The position numbers and the translations under genes were made by a program. The notes under the pieces are model-generated. The model had not been told where the DNA came from. It worked only from the letters and a program-made list of their open reading frames with translations, and did no database searches. Below, piece after piece: positions 17,288 through 26,221 of a stretch of 64,000 nt of DNA (the stretch's first letter is position 1; every line of letters starts with the position of its first letter). The DNA is from Lysobacterales bacterium. Its GTDB lineage: Bacteria; Pseudomonadota; Gammaproteobacteria; Xanthomonadales; SZUA-38. The stretch lies in assembly GCA_028285525.1 (NCBI GenBank), contig JANQOZ010000015.1:51590-115589 (forward strand), read 5' to 3'.

Positions 17288-18637
17288 TTGTCAAATAGGT
17301 TCTTACCATCTGGTCTTTGCCTATGGCTGATTATTCTTGGCGGGTGCGCCACGATGCGGACGCCGGATGAGGTTGCCCTAGCCCAAGTGGAGGGGAGCAT
17401 TTGGGCGGTTGATTACCGATTAAGCAACCCCGCCAAAGCTCTGGTTTTTGCCCGCACCGACGATGATTCGCGACGCCAACGGTGGCGTTCAGAATCGGTT
17501 GCTATCGAACTCGCCCGTGCCAGCGGTTTCGACTTCATGCGATCGGACACCAGCGGCGCCTTTTCCTCCGCTCGTTTCGTGTTCTCGAGTACGCCGTTTC
17601 CAACGAGTGACTTCCCGCCGTATCAACGATTCAGCGACGGTGGCATGCTGATATACAGCGGTAGGTTTCATGCTTGTCGACATCATGGTCTCGTGTACTC
17701 GGTGGACTGCAAGGGCCCATGGGCAATGAGTGTGACCGCTCCCCCGGGCACACATATTGTAGTGAACGGCCAGGTGTATGAGTCAGAAGCACGTTGGCTA
17801 GACGATCGGTGGGGAAGCCGATTTTACATTGGCCCGCTAAGGCCGGTAACACGGAGCGGCGTCCCGACCGTCATCGACTCCGGGCTGCCAGACCCCATCA
17901 CAAAGCTCCTATTGTCAAAGTTACCTGATGTGCAAGCCGGCTTTTCGCAGAGGTTGTCGGTCGACTTAACACCTTTCCTTTTCGTTTCCTACGATCGCTC
18001 AAGCCCGGTATCGCGCATTTCGGGCAATACGATAAGAAATCAGGTGTTCATTCACTTTGCAGGTCGCTACTGGGATGAGGCCGTTGTCGAGGGCAATGAC
18101 GCTGGTGAGATTCTGTGGCTATTGACCCACGAGCTTGCGCACGTTTTTCAGTTGGGACTTGAGGGTGACGAGGACGCAAGGTGGATTCACGAAGGGTCAG
18201 CTGAAGCTTTCACTTACTTGCTCTTGCAGGCACAGTTTCCCGAGTCTCACGGCTTTTGGGAAAGTAAACGGAAGGACGCCTCGAAAATCTGCGCCGAAGG
18301 TCTAAGCGCAGGCCCTCTGGCAACCGCGGTCGGACACCACCGAGTAAAGGAACACTATGCGTGTGGCCTGCTGATTTTTCTCGCCATCGACCAAAGCCTT
18401 AGGCATCAGCCAGCGCACAGCCAGACGTTGTTTGATTTGTGGCTTTCTTTGGTGAATGACGCCAAGATCTCGCTTACCAACTCACGAGACTTTCTGCGGG
18501 CACTGCAATCCCGACTGCCTGCTGATCTGGTCAGCAAGATTGGTGCAATAATTCAGGAATCGAAGGAAGATCCGGCAGAGGCGTTGCTTCAACTTGATGC
18601 GATGGCGCAGAACATTACTCTGTTACATTCTCAATGA
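17288..18637 (+). CDS. Putative lipoprotein zinc metallopeptidase (gluzincin-like HExxH...E)
   Basis: TTG start preceded by AAGAGG (17276-17281). Lipobox LIILGGC. Zinc-binding motif LTHELAHVFQ with a downstream WIHEGSAEAF, in an M1/M61-like arrangement. The coding sequence is lower in GC. Confidence 0.65.
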   Translation: MSNRFLPSGLCLWLIILGGCATMRTPDEVALAQVEGSIWAVDYRLSNPAKALVFARTDDDSRRQRWRSESVAIELARASGFDFMRSDTSGAFSSARFVFSSTPFPTSDFPPYQRFSDGGMLIYSGRFHACRHHGLVYSVDCKGPWAMSVTAPPGTHIVVNGQVYESEARWLDDRWGSRFYIGPLRPVTRSGVPTVIDSGLPDPITKLLLSKLPDVQAGFSQRLSVDLTPFLFVSYDRSSPVSRISGNTIRNQVFIHFAGRYWDEAVVEGNDAGEILWLLTHELAHVFQLGLEGDEDARWIHEGSAEAFTYLLLQAQFPESHGFWESKRKDASKICAEGLSAGPLATAVGHHRVKEHYACGLLIFLAIDQSLRHQPAHSQTLFDLWLSLVNDAKISLTNSRDFLRALQSRLPADLVSKIGAIIQESKEDPAEALLQLDAMAQNITLLHSQ

Positions 18638-18667
18638 TCAGGTTGTGTCTGTGCACCCGGTCCGAGA

Positions 18668-18737
18668 TTCTGGGGTCAGAGTAAAGGGACAGAGTACGCC
18701 GCTCAGTTTACTCTGTCCCTTTACTCTGACCCCAGAA
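18668..18737. repeat. REPIN (inverted REP doublet; 29-bp perfect arms, 12-nt loop)
   Basis: 18668-18696 (TTCTGGGGTCAGAGTAAAGGGACAGAGTA) is the exact reverse complement of 18709-18737. It is the same sequence as the REPs flanking the RAYT gene. It lies 31 bp after the stop of the peptidase gene. Confidence 0.9.
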
Positions 18738-18835
18738 ATTTAAGTTTAAGGATGGCCGGGTAATCAGTTTCTTGGAGCTCTACGACACCTTTAACTTCGT
18801 GGAGGCTGCTCGAGGCTAGCTGCCGCCTTCCAATT

Positions 18836-19555
18836 TTGATCGCCGGCACGACTCAGCAAATGCAGTTTACGTCTAAAGACATCTTCATCTTCGATCTGGA
18901 CGGGACCTTGGTTCAGAGTGTCGAGTTTGACGACATGCTGTATCAGGAAGCCATCGCGGAGGTGATCGGTACCCGCAGTTTTGATACGAACTGGGAGTCA
19001 TACCAACATGTCACCGACACCGGACTCCTGAGCGAGTTGCTCGCGCGGCTCGGATTGGCGGTCACTCAGAAGGTCATCAGCGATGTCCGATCGGTGTTTT
19101 TCGACAAAGTCAGCGCGTACCTCGAAGCCGGGTTTGAGTGTCTGCCCGTGCCGGGAGCCATCGATGTGATCGCTGCACTGCAGGAAGCCGAGGTTCCCTT
19201 TGGCGTCGCAACCGGCGGCTGGGGCAGTACAGCTCGGCTGAAGCTGGAATCTGCCGGCTTTGAATTGCCCCGCTTCATCTCGAGCGGCGATGATGCAATA
19301 TCCCGCTCGGGCATCATGCTGCATTGCCTGCAGCAAATCGGTGGAGAGTCCGAACAAGCGGTTTACTTCGGCGATGGGCCTTGGGACAGCGAGGCCACCA
19401 AAGAACTCGGTTGGCGGTTTGTTGGCGTTGGCGAACGTGTGCAGCGATCGGCCGACTTCGCGCTGGCAGACTTCAGTGACTCAACCTGGTTAGACGCGGT
19501 CAAAGGCAAACTGACACCCGGGGCTGAGCGAAGTGCCACGGGCCCTGCCTCCTGA
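18836..19555 (+). CDS. HAD-superfamily hydrolase (canonical DxDGT)
   Basis: Motif I is IFIFDLDGTLVQS. It also has GVATGGWG and YFGDGPWDSEA. The likely real start is the ATG of MQFTSKD, a few codons after the TTG. Confidence 0.8.
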   Translation: MIAGTTQQMQFTSKDIFIFDLDGTLVQSVEFDDMLYQEAIAEVIGTRSFDTNWESYQHVTDTGLLSELLARLGLAVTQKVISDVRSVFFDKVSAYLEAGFECLPVPGAIDVIAALQEAEVPFGVATGGWGSTARLKLESAGFELPRFISSGDDAISRSGIMLHCLQQIGGESEQAVYFGDGPWDSEATKELGWRFVGVGERVQRSADFALADFSDSTWLDAVKGKLTPGAERSATGPAS

Positions 19556-19616
19556 GTTATTAATCTGAACTGAAGCGCCTTCGTGGCATACCTTTGAAAG
19601 GTTGCAGCGCTAAAAT

Positions 19617-19841
19617 TTGCGTCGTGGTCGCTGCGAATTGATTATGCAAACCAGGTTCAAAATCGCTTGGGCTTGCTTGGCCATTGCATCTTTGGGTTCA
19701 TTTTTGGCCTTCAGAGGCTACCCGTTCGGTTGGATGGTCCCGCTGGCAGCCGTAACTCTAACTATCACCTCAATCGTATCCGTAAGGCAGGATGTGACTG
19801 AGAAGAGGCGTGGCAGGCGGGAAAGCGAATCAAGGGACTGA
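19617..19841 (+). CDS. Small hypothetical 2-TM protein
   Basis: 74-aa ORF with an internal ATG at 19644 (MQTRFKIAWACLAIASLGSFLAF...MVPLAAVTLTITSIV). Support comes only from hydrophobicity and the lack of competing ORFs. Confidence 0.3.
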   Translation: MRRGRCELIMQTRFKIAWACLAIASLGSFLAFRGYPFGWMVPLAAVTLTITSIVSVRQDVTEKRRGRRESESRD

Positions 19842-19968
19842 GCAGTCAATCGATTCCGGTGAGCGCTGTCGTTGATCTTTCGGTGGCTTTTCATAGACTC
19901 CTGGGTGATCCGGCATCCCTGCCGATTTCGCCTCTATACACTGAGGCCACCAAAAACAGGCACGATCA

Positions 19969-21339
19969 ATGCGTTTAACCATTCAGCGTCAGGGACGACA
20001 CTTTCAAACTCTCTTCGGTCTTATGGCCGCCAGCGTGGCATGGCCGCTGGTCAGCATGGCCCAGATTGAGCGGATCAGCGTGCCCAATGGCGGCGGTCAG
20101 GCGGACAGCGACAGCTACGTCGCTCAGCTGTCCGATGATGGCTCGGTCATCGTTTTTCGGTCCAACGCGGAAAATCTGATCGTGGATGACACCAACGGAT
20201 GGTCCGATATCTTCGTCCACGACCTGAACACCGACACGGTGGAACGAGTCAGCGTGTTAACCGATGGAAGTCAGAGCCCGCGTTTCTCGTCACATCCCTC
20301 AATTTCGGATGACGGCCAGCTGATCGTCTTCGAAGGCCGCCCGGTGACGAACACAGCCTGGCCCACAATCTTTGACCGCAGTGACGACAGCGTCCTGCAG
20401 CCCCTTCCGCGGCTGCAGAGCGGCAATCCGGCGAGCCCCCAGCGTGCGCGCAATGAGCCCCAGATTTCGGGTAACGGCCAGTTCCTCCTGTTCCATACCT
20501 GGGAGACGCTTCAAAATCTGTTCGACGTCGACGCGCGCCCGCCGAATGACGACAGCAACAGCGCTGACGACGTCTTCGTGTTCGACCTGACAGCAAGCCC
20601 CATCGAACCCCTTGATCGGGTCAGCCGCGATTCCAGCGGCAACAGCGTCGAAGGCGACAGCCTGTCGGGATCGATGTCCGACGACGGTCGCTACGTCACC
20701 TTTTTCTCGTACTCCAATGAGCTCGTGCCCAACGACCTGAATGGTCATGAAGATGTCTTTATCAAAGATCGCAATACCGGAACGCTTGAACTGGTCAGCG
20801 TTAGCACCGGTGGAGGGCCCGGTGATGCCGACAGCTATAACCCCATGGTTTCAGGAAACGGCCAATTCATCGTCTTTCGGTCGCTGGCAAGTGACCTGGT
20901 TACTGGAGACAGCAACGAGAGCTGGGATATTTTTGTGCGCGACCGCATCGCCCAGGTGACGCAGCGCGTCAGCGTTTCCAGCGCCGGCCTGGAGGGCAAC
21001 AACCACAGCTTTGAAGGTTCGATTTCCGACGACGGTCGCTACGTTACCTATCGTTCGGCCGCGTCCAACCTGGTTGCAGGCGACTCCAACGGCCGCTACG
21101 ACATCTTTGTGCACGACCTGACTCGGAGTCTGACCGAGCGCATCTCTACAGGCACAGCCGGGGAAGCGAACGGGAATAGCTTTGAGCCGGCGATCTCCGG
21201 CGATGGGCGCTGGATTGTCTTTGAGTCCGACGCGACCAACCTGGTGGCAGGAGACACCAACGAGGCGCGTGACATCTTTCGAGTGCCTAACCCGCTGTTC
21301 CAGGTGAGTAAGATCCAGACGACGGGAGCACAGCGATGA
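19969..21339 (+). CDS. Secreted PD40/TolB-like beta-propeller repeat protein
   Basis: Signal peptide ...AASVAWPLVSMAQ. The unit S(D/G)DG(R/Q)(Y/F)(V/I)xFxSxAxNLVxxDxNxxxDIFVxD is repeated about 7-8 times, e.g. SDDGRYVTFFSYSNELVPNDLNGHEDVFIKD. The stop overlaps the next start as ATGA. Confidence 0.85.
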   Translation: MRLTIQRQGRHFQTLFGLMAASVAWPLVSMAQIERISVPNGGGQADSDSYVAQLSDDGSVIVFRSNAENLIVDDTNGWSDIFVHDLNTDTVERVSVLTDGSQSPRFSSHPSISDDGQLIVFEGRPVTNTAWPTIFDRSDDSVLQPLPRLQSGNPASPQRARNEPQISGNGQFLLFHTWETLQNLFDVDARPPNDDSNSADDVFVFDLTASPIEPLDRVSRDSSGNSVEGDSLSGSMSDDGRYVTFFSYSNELVPNDLNGHEDVFIKDRNTGTLELVSVSTGGGPGDADSYNPMVSGNGQFIVFRSLASDLVTGDSNESWDIFVRDRIAQVTQRVSVSSAGLEGNNHSFEGSISDDGRYVTYRSAASNLVAGDSNGRYDIFVHDLTRSLTERISTGTAGEANGNSFEPAISGDGRWIVFESDATNLVAGDTNEARDIFRVPNPLFQVSKIQTTGAQR

Positions 21340-24300
21340 GTAAAGTTACCCGACGCCCACGCCGTTTCCTGCCCGTCGTCATTGCGGCTCTATGCTGTCA
21401 TCAGGCCGATGCGATCGACTGTGGAGAGATCCTGAGCGATGGCTTCGAAAATGACACACCGCTCTCGCTGCCCCAGATTGCGGCTATTCCCGATCAAGTG
21501 ACGCCAATCGGCGAGCGGATCGAATTCGATATCGATACAGCAATCCCGTCTGAGCAGACTGGCAATACCTTTGCCCTCGTCGAAGCGCCCGACGGTATGA
21601 CGATCGATGCAAGCACTGGCGAGGTGGCGTGGACACCCTCGTCCGCCCAGGTAGGTACCACGCTCGTTTCGGTCCAGGTGACAACGGGTGCGGGCATCAG
21701 CAATGCGCGGTGCTTCGCCGCGCAGGGGATTGGCACCTCAGGTTCCCCGCTGATTGATTCCATCGCGGACCAGGTAGCCGTTGTCGATCAGCCGTTCAGC
21801 GTGACGGTGACCGCCACAGATCCCGATCCGGGCGACGTCCTGTCCTTCGAACTGATCAGCGCGCCGGTCGGTATGGATATCGACCCCGCCAGCGGCGTGG
21901 TGAGCTGGATGCCTTTGCCTGGCGATATCGGCGTTGTTCCGGTGCGCGTAAGAGTATCCGACCCCGGCGGAGCCGCTGATGAAGAGGCATTCCAGCTTCA
22001 GGTGGTGGCGCAGAATGCGCCCCCGGTGCTGGATGTTGTTCAGGACCGCGGTGGCGCACCGAATGTTCAGGTCGCCATTGACGCGCGTGCCGTCGATCCG
22101 GATGGCGATGACGTCACGTATGCGTTGTCTGTGCGGCCCACTGGAATGATCATCGATCCGGACAGCGGTGCGATCCGCTGGACGCCAACGTTTCAGCAGT
22201 TGGGTCCCCATAACGTAACCGTCGCTGCCCGGGACTCGCTGGGTGCCAGCGATAGCCAATCGTTCGAAATTCTTGTCGACCTGAACCGTGCGCCCGTTGC
22301 GGTGGACGACTCAGGCTTCCGGGTTGAACGTGGCGATACGCTCACCGTCCCGGCATCGGGCGTCCTCGCCAACGACACGGATCCAAACGGCGACGTGCTG
22401 AGCAGCCTGCTCGAAACCGGGCCCTTCCGCGGGAATCTATCGCTGAACAACGACGGTGGCTTTGAGTACACCCCGGACAATCCGGCGGGCACCATCGGCA
22501 TGCGGCTTAAGTGGGAAAACATCAGCACCAATGGCGGGCCTTCGGGAGGCTGGCAGCCGCTGATCGGGCAGCTGGATGATGACCCTGCTTCCGAGATCAT
22601 TATTCTTGACTCTGGCGGCATAACCGCGACACGAATTGAAGCTTACGACGGGGACACCGGCGCGGAAGAGTGGGTCCGCACTTTCGGCAGTCGAGACCTT
22701 GGAGCTTCCAGCCAATGGGAGGGGGCCCTCGCGGATATCGATCTTGATGGAAAGCCCGAGATTCTGCTGGTGGGTGGGGATCCGGACAATTCGCCGACGC
22801 GGCTGCTTCGTCTTTACGCGCTTGAGCACGATGGCGGGCTGAAGTGGATCAGCGAGTCGCTACCGAAGCAGGGCTTCGATCCCACGCGCTCGGACATTCG
22901 CAACTCGGCAAATGGCGATCTGTCCGATTCTGCGATCAGCGTTGCCGATCTGGATGGCGACGGCCTGCCGGAAATCATCGTTGCCCCCAATAGCGATTTC
23001 ACGTCCTACCAGGTTTGGGACGCCAACGGGCGTAAGGTCGACTACGCCTTTGCGCCGGGTGTGAGAGAAAGCACCAGCGGGACAAGGGTCAGCGTGGTTG
23101 ATTTGGATCTGGATGAGGTCCCCGAGGTTGTCGTGTCTAATGCGGCCTTCACCAACAGGGGTGAGGTGATCTGGACCCGAGACGACGTTGAAGACGGTCT
23201 CGCGCCCTATGCCCATCCCCAGGTCGCCAATCTCGACGACGACCCCTATCCGGAGCTGGTGCGCCGCCTGGGTGGCTTTCGTGAAACCAACGTTGTTCTA
23301 GCGCTGAACCACGATGGATCGACGCTGTGGGATTATGAATTCCCGGGTGGCAATAGTTCACTCTGGTCGCCGATCACCATCGCTGACGTCAACAATGACG
23401 GTCAGGCCGAAGTGCTTGCCGCTGGTGGTGTGAATGCCGATCGGTTCGACGTCATCAACGGGCAGGACGGCACGCTGCTTTGGTCAAACACCTTACAAAC
23501 GGGCCGGTCGGGTGCCACCGTGTTCGATATGGATCGCGACGGATTCAACGAAGTGATCTACATCGATGAAAACAGCGATCTCTATGTCTGGGACGGCCGT
23601 GACGGGTCGGAAAAGCTTGTGGTAGACCTGGTCACTAATGACACATTTCCTACGGAGCATACCGTCCCGGTCTTTTCCGACGTTGATGCCGACGGTCAGG
23701 CCGAGCTGATCCTTCCAATCGGTTTCACGTTTAGCGCGACACCCAGCCTACAGGTATGGGAGAGCACCAGCGACGACTGGGCGCCGGCGCGTTCAGTCTG
23801 GAACCAGGCTCGCTATTACGTCACCAACGTCAACGATGATCTGACGGTGCCTGCCAAGCAACGGCCGCACTGGCTGCTGCCTGGCCTGAACGTGGCGATG
23901 GTGAACGAGCGGCTGCCCGAAGACCGCATCGAAGATTCCGATCAGTTCAGCTATCGAGCCAGTGACGGCGAGCTGATCTCCAACGTGGCGACGGTCGATA
24001 TCACGATCCTGCCGCCCAACACCGCGCCTCGGATTTTGTCTTCGCCTCGGCTGGGTGCCTCACCGGGTTTCGAGTATGTCTATCGCGCCCTGGCGGTAGA
24101 CGCGGACGTCGGTGAATCGCTGACCTGGTCCATTGCCGAGGGGCCGGTAGGTATGGCCGTGGACTCGCTGGGTACGGTGACCTGGACGCCAACGGCAGGC
24201 GACCTCGGCCCGAATTCCGTTGTGCTGCAGGTCACCGACAGCGTGGGTGCTGCGGGATTTCAGAATTACGTCATTGAGGTTGAGGCTCCCGTGTCGGTGC

Positions 24301-26159
24301 CCGATGTCAATGGGCTGGCCCAGGCGCAGGCGGTTAACGCGATCGAGTCAGCAGGACTCGCCGTCGAATCCGTCCGCGAAGTCTTCAGCGATACCGTGGC
24401 TGCTGGCTTGGTGGTCGACCAGCAGCCAGCCGCCGGCGCAACCGCTGCGGCCGGTGACGGTGTGGTGATCGACGTGTCGCTGGGGCCTGTGCCGCTGCGA
24501 GTACCGGATGTCGTTGCGCTCACGTTGAATTCAGCAACCGCCGACATCGTTGGCGGAGGCTTGACCGTCGGAACCGTAGCGTTTGTGAACGACAGCCTGC
24601 AGCCCGCCAATACGGTGCTGATCCAGGATCCGGCGCCCCGTGCATTTGCGGTGCCAGGCAGCCCCGTGGACATCACTGTGTCCGGCGGCCCGAGAGCCTC
24701 GATCGATATCACGCCGCGGGTGATCGCCGCTGGTAGTAACGCCGAGGTGTCGGTGATCGTTCGCGATCTGGACGGCACGCCGCTCGATCCTCAGCCAGCA
24801 GTTGCCCTGTCGCTCGATATTGGGCCGGGAGATATCGACGGTACGCCGCCGACGCTGAACGTCACTACGATCAATACGGCCATCGACAGCCAGGGTTCGT
24901 TTGAGGTGACCGCCAGCTTCACGGGCAATGGTCCGGAGACGATCTCCACCGTAGGTGTAATCGCTCAGCCCATCAGCGACGGCGACGATGCGGATGTATT
25001 CAACCTGTTCGCTGCGCAGCTCAGATCTTTTGAGGTCCTGATCGGCGATCTGATTACGGCCGTCAACGCCAACGACAGCGCTACCATCGTCGCCATCGAT
25101 AGCGATTTGGGTGATCTGCTTGACGAGATCGATGTTGCACTGCTGAGCGTATTGAGCCCGATTGCTCCGGTAGGTGGTGTTCCGCCGAGCCCAGAGACAG
25201 CGGCCATGAACGGCTTTCCACCGGCCCCGGATGACGCGGCCTACGTTGGCGCCGCGCTCGATCTGTTTGTTTCCCTGGAGCAGACGGAACAGGTCATTAC
25301 GGAAGGAACCGCACCAGACGCCGTCATTAACGCGCTCAACCAGGACCTGGCAGAAGTGGCTTCGGTGGTCAGCTCTCTGGATCCGAGCGTTTACGGTGTG
25401 CTTGACGCCTCAGAGGTGCTGATCTCGCTCCTCGGCTCGCGGGCTCCACGTATGCTCGTGGCTGATATCCGTGCGGTTCGCCAGGCCCTTCGCGACCAGG
25501 GCCTGATCGCCTCGAAAGAAGCCCCGGCGGCGCAGAAATTCAGCCTCATCGGCATCATGTCCGCTAGCCAGCTTCGGTCGAAGATCATCTCAGAGATCTA
25601 CGTCCCGTACCTGGGTCAGGTCGCTCGCTCCATCGGGACTATCGTCGGGGCAAACCTCCTTGAGCCCTACGGCAACCCGGGCGCGATTGCCGGGATCGTT
25701 ACGGGCGGCAGCCTGGCGCTGCACGTGTTCGATATCCAAAACTCCGTCATCGAGGGAATCGGTTTCGACACACTGTTGCCGGAGGGCAACTCGGTGATCT
25801 TTGTGGGTCCTGAACTCATCAGTGCAGTTCTGGCCATCATCAATCAGGATCTGCCGAACGCCAACGACCTGAAGGACCTGAACTCCATAAAGGACGCCAT
25901 CCAGAAACAGATCAAAATGGGGAACACCCTGCAAAGCGCGATCGATAATGCGTTCAGCAGCCCAACGACGGTGCTGCGTGGATGTATCCTCGACAACCTG
26001 CCGGACTGCCGGCAGCTGGTCTATCCCGATGGATTCAAGTCCGTCTACAAGATTGATTCCGGACTCGCGTTGCCGGCATCTGTTGCGATCATCGTGCATA
26101 ACCTGGCAAAGGGCGGGTTCGCGGTGACGGTCGCTAACTTCTTCCCGACCAGGGAGTGA
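21336..26159 (+). CDS. Giant secreted/surface multidomain protein: cadherin-like Ig (He_PIG-type) x4, cadherin-like VxDD modules, 7 FG-GAP/VCBS-like blades, 2 PASTA domains, uncharacterised C-terminal domain
   Basis: 1607 aa with signal peptide MSKVTRRPRRFLPVVIAALCCHQADA. He_PIG-like units include FALVEAPDGMTIDASTGEVAWTP, FELISAPVGMDIDPASGVVSWMP, YALSVRPTGMIIDPDSGAIRWTP and WSIAEGPVGMAVDSLGTVTWTP. An APVAVDD...VLANDTDPNGD module follows. The seven blades carry loops such as DLDGDGLPEIIV and DVNNDGQAEVLA. The two PASTA units start VPDVNGLAQAQAVNAIESAGL and VPDVVALTLNSATADIVGGGL. Confidence 0.85.
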   Translation: MSKVTRRPRRFLPVVIAALCCHQADAIDCGEILSDGFENDTPLSLPQIAAIPDQVTPIGERIEFDIDTAIPSEQTGNTFALVEAPDGMTIDASTGEVAWTPSSAQVGTTLVSVQVTTGAGISNARCFAAQGIGTSGSPLIDSIADQVAVVDQPFSVTVTATDPDPGDVLSFELISAPVGMDIDPASGVVSWMPLPGDIGVVPVRVRVSDPGGAADEEAFQLQVVAQNAPPVLDVVQDRGGAPNVQVAIDARAVDPDGDDVTYALSVRPTGMIIDPDSGAIRWTPTFQQLGPHNVTVAARDSLGASDSQSFEILVDLNRAPVAVDDSGFRVERGDTLTVPASGVLANDTDPNGDVLSSLLETGPFRGNLSLNNDGGFEYTPDNPAGTIGMRLKWENISTNGGPSGGWQPLIGQLDDDPASEIIILDSGGITATRIEAYDGDTGAEEWVRTFGSRDLGASSQWEGALADIDLDGKPEILLVGGDPDNSPTRLLRLYALEHDGGLKWISESLPKQGFDPTRSDIRNSANGDLSDSAISVADLDGDGLPEIIVAPNSDFTSYQVWDANGRKVDYAFAPGVRESTSGTRVSVVDLDLDEVPEVVVSNAAFTNRGEVIWTRDDVEDGLAPYAHPQVANLDDDPYPELVRRLGGFRETNVVLALNHDGSTLWDYEFPGGNSSLWSPITIADVNNDGQAEVLAAGGVNADRFDVINGQDGTLLWSNTLQTGRSGATVFDMDRDGFNEVIYIDENSDLYVWDGRDGSEKLVVDLVTNDTFPTEHTVPVFSDVDADGQAELILPIGFTFSATPSLQVWESTSDDWAPARSVWNQARYYVTNVNDDLTVPAKQRPHWLLPGLNVAMVNERLPEDRIEDSDQFSYRASDGELISNVATVDITILPPNTAPRILSSPRLGASPGFEYVYRALAVDADVGESLTWSIAEGPVGMAVDSLGTVTWTPTAGDLGPNSVVLQVTDSVGAAGFQNYVIEVEAPVSVPDVNGLAQAQAVNAIESAGLAVESVREVFSDTVAAGLVVDQQPAAGATAAAGDGVVIDVSLGPVPLRVPDVVALTLNSATADIVGGGLTVGTVAFVNDSLQPANTVLIQDPAPRAFAVPGSPVDITVSGGPRASIDITPRVIAAGSNAEVSVIVRDLDGTPLDPQPAVALSLDIGPGDIDGTPPTLNVTTINTAIDSQGSFEVTASFTGNGPETISTVGVIAQPISDGDDADVFNLFAAQLRSFEVLIGDLITAVNANDSATIVAIDSDLGDLLDEIDVALLSVLSPIAPVGGVPPSPETAAMNGFPPAPDDAAYVGAALDLFVSLEQTEQVITEGTAPDAVINALNQDLAEVASVVSSLDPSVYGVLDASEVLISLLGSRAPRMLVADIRAVRQALRDQGLIASKEAPAAQKFSLIGIMSASQLRSKIISEIYVPYLGQVARSIGTIVGANLLEPYGNPGAIAGIVTGGSLALHVFDIQNSVIEGIGFDTLLPEGNSVIFVGPELISAVLAIINQDLPNANDLKDLNSIKDAIQKQIKMGNTLQSAIDNAFSSPTTVLRGCILDNLPDCRQLVYPDGFKSVYKIDSGLALPASVAIIVHNLAKGGFAVTVANFFPTRE

Positions 26160-26221
26160 TTACTTCGGGTGAGGGTTTTTGGTGTAGCGGGCGGCTGAAA
26201 TTTCGGTCGCAGAAACGCACG

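Noticed and set aside
10387-18737. Whether the repeated GGGGTCAGAGTAAAGGGACAGAGTA units could be a CRISPR array or IS terminal repeats.
   Set aside because: Only four copies are present, arranged as two inverted pairs 7.5 kb apart, with no regular spacing or spacers and no cas genes. One pair forms a tight hairpin with no gene inside. That is REP/REPIN behaviour, not CRISPR or a conventional IS.
19556-19968. Searched the far boundary of the second islet (minus strand) for the missing N-terminal half of the DsbA-like gene.
   Set aside because: The only minus-strand reading frame there (MKSHRKINDSAHRNRL...) has no thioredoxin-fold or FDFxSPY-like motif. The simple-insertion model with both halves retained is not supported, so the truncation remains unexplained.
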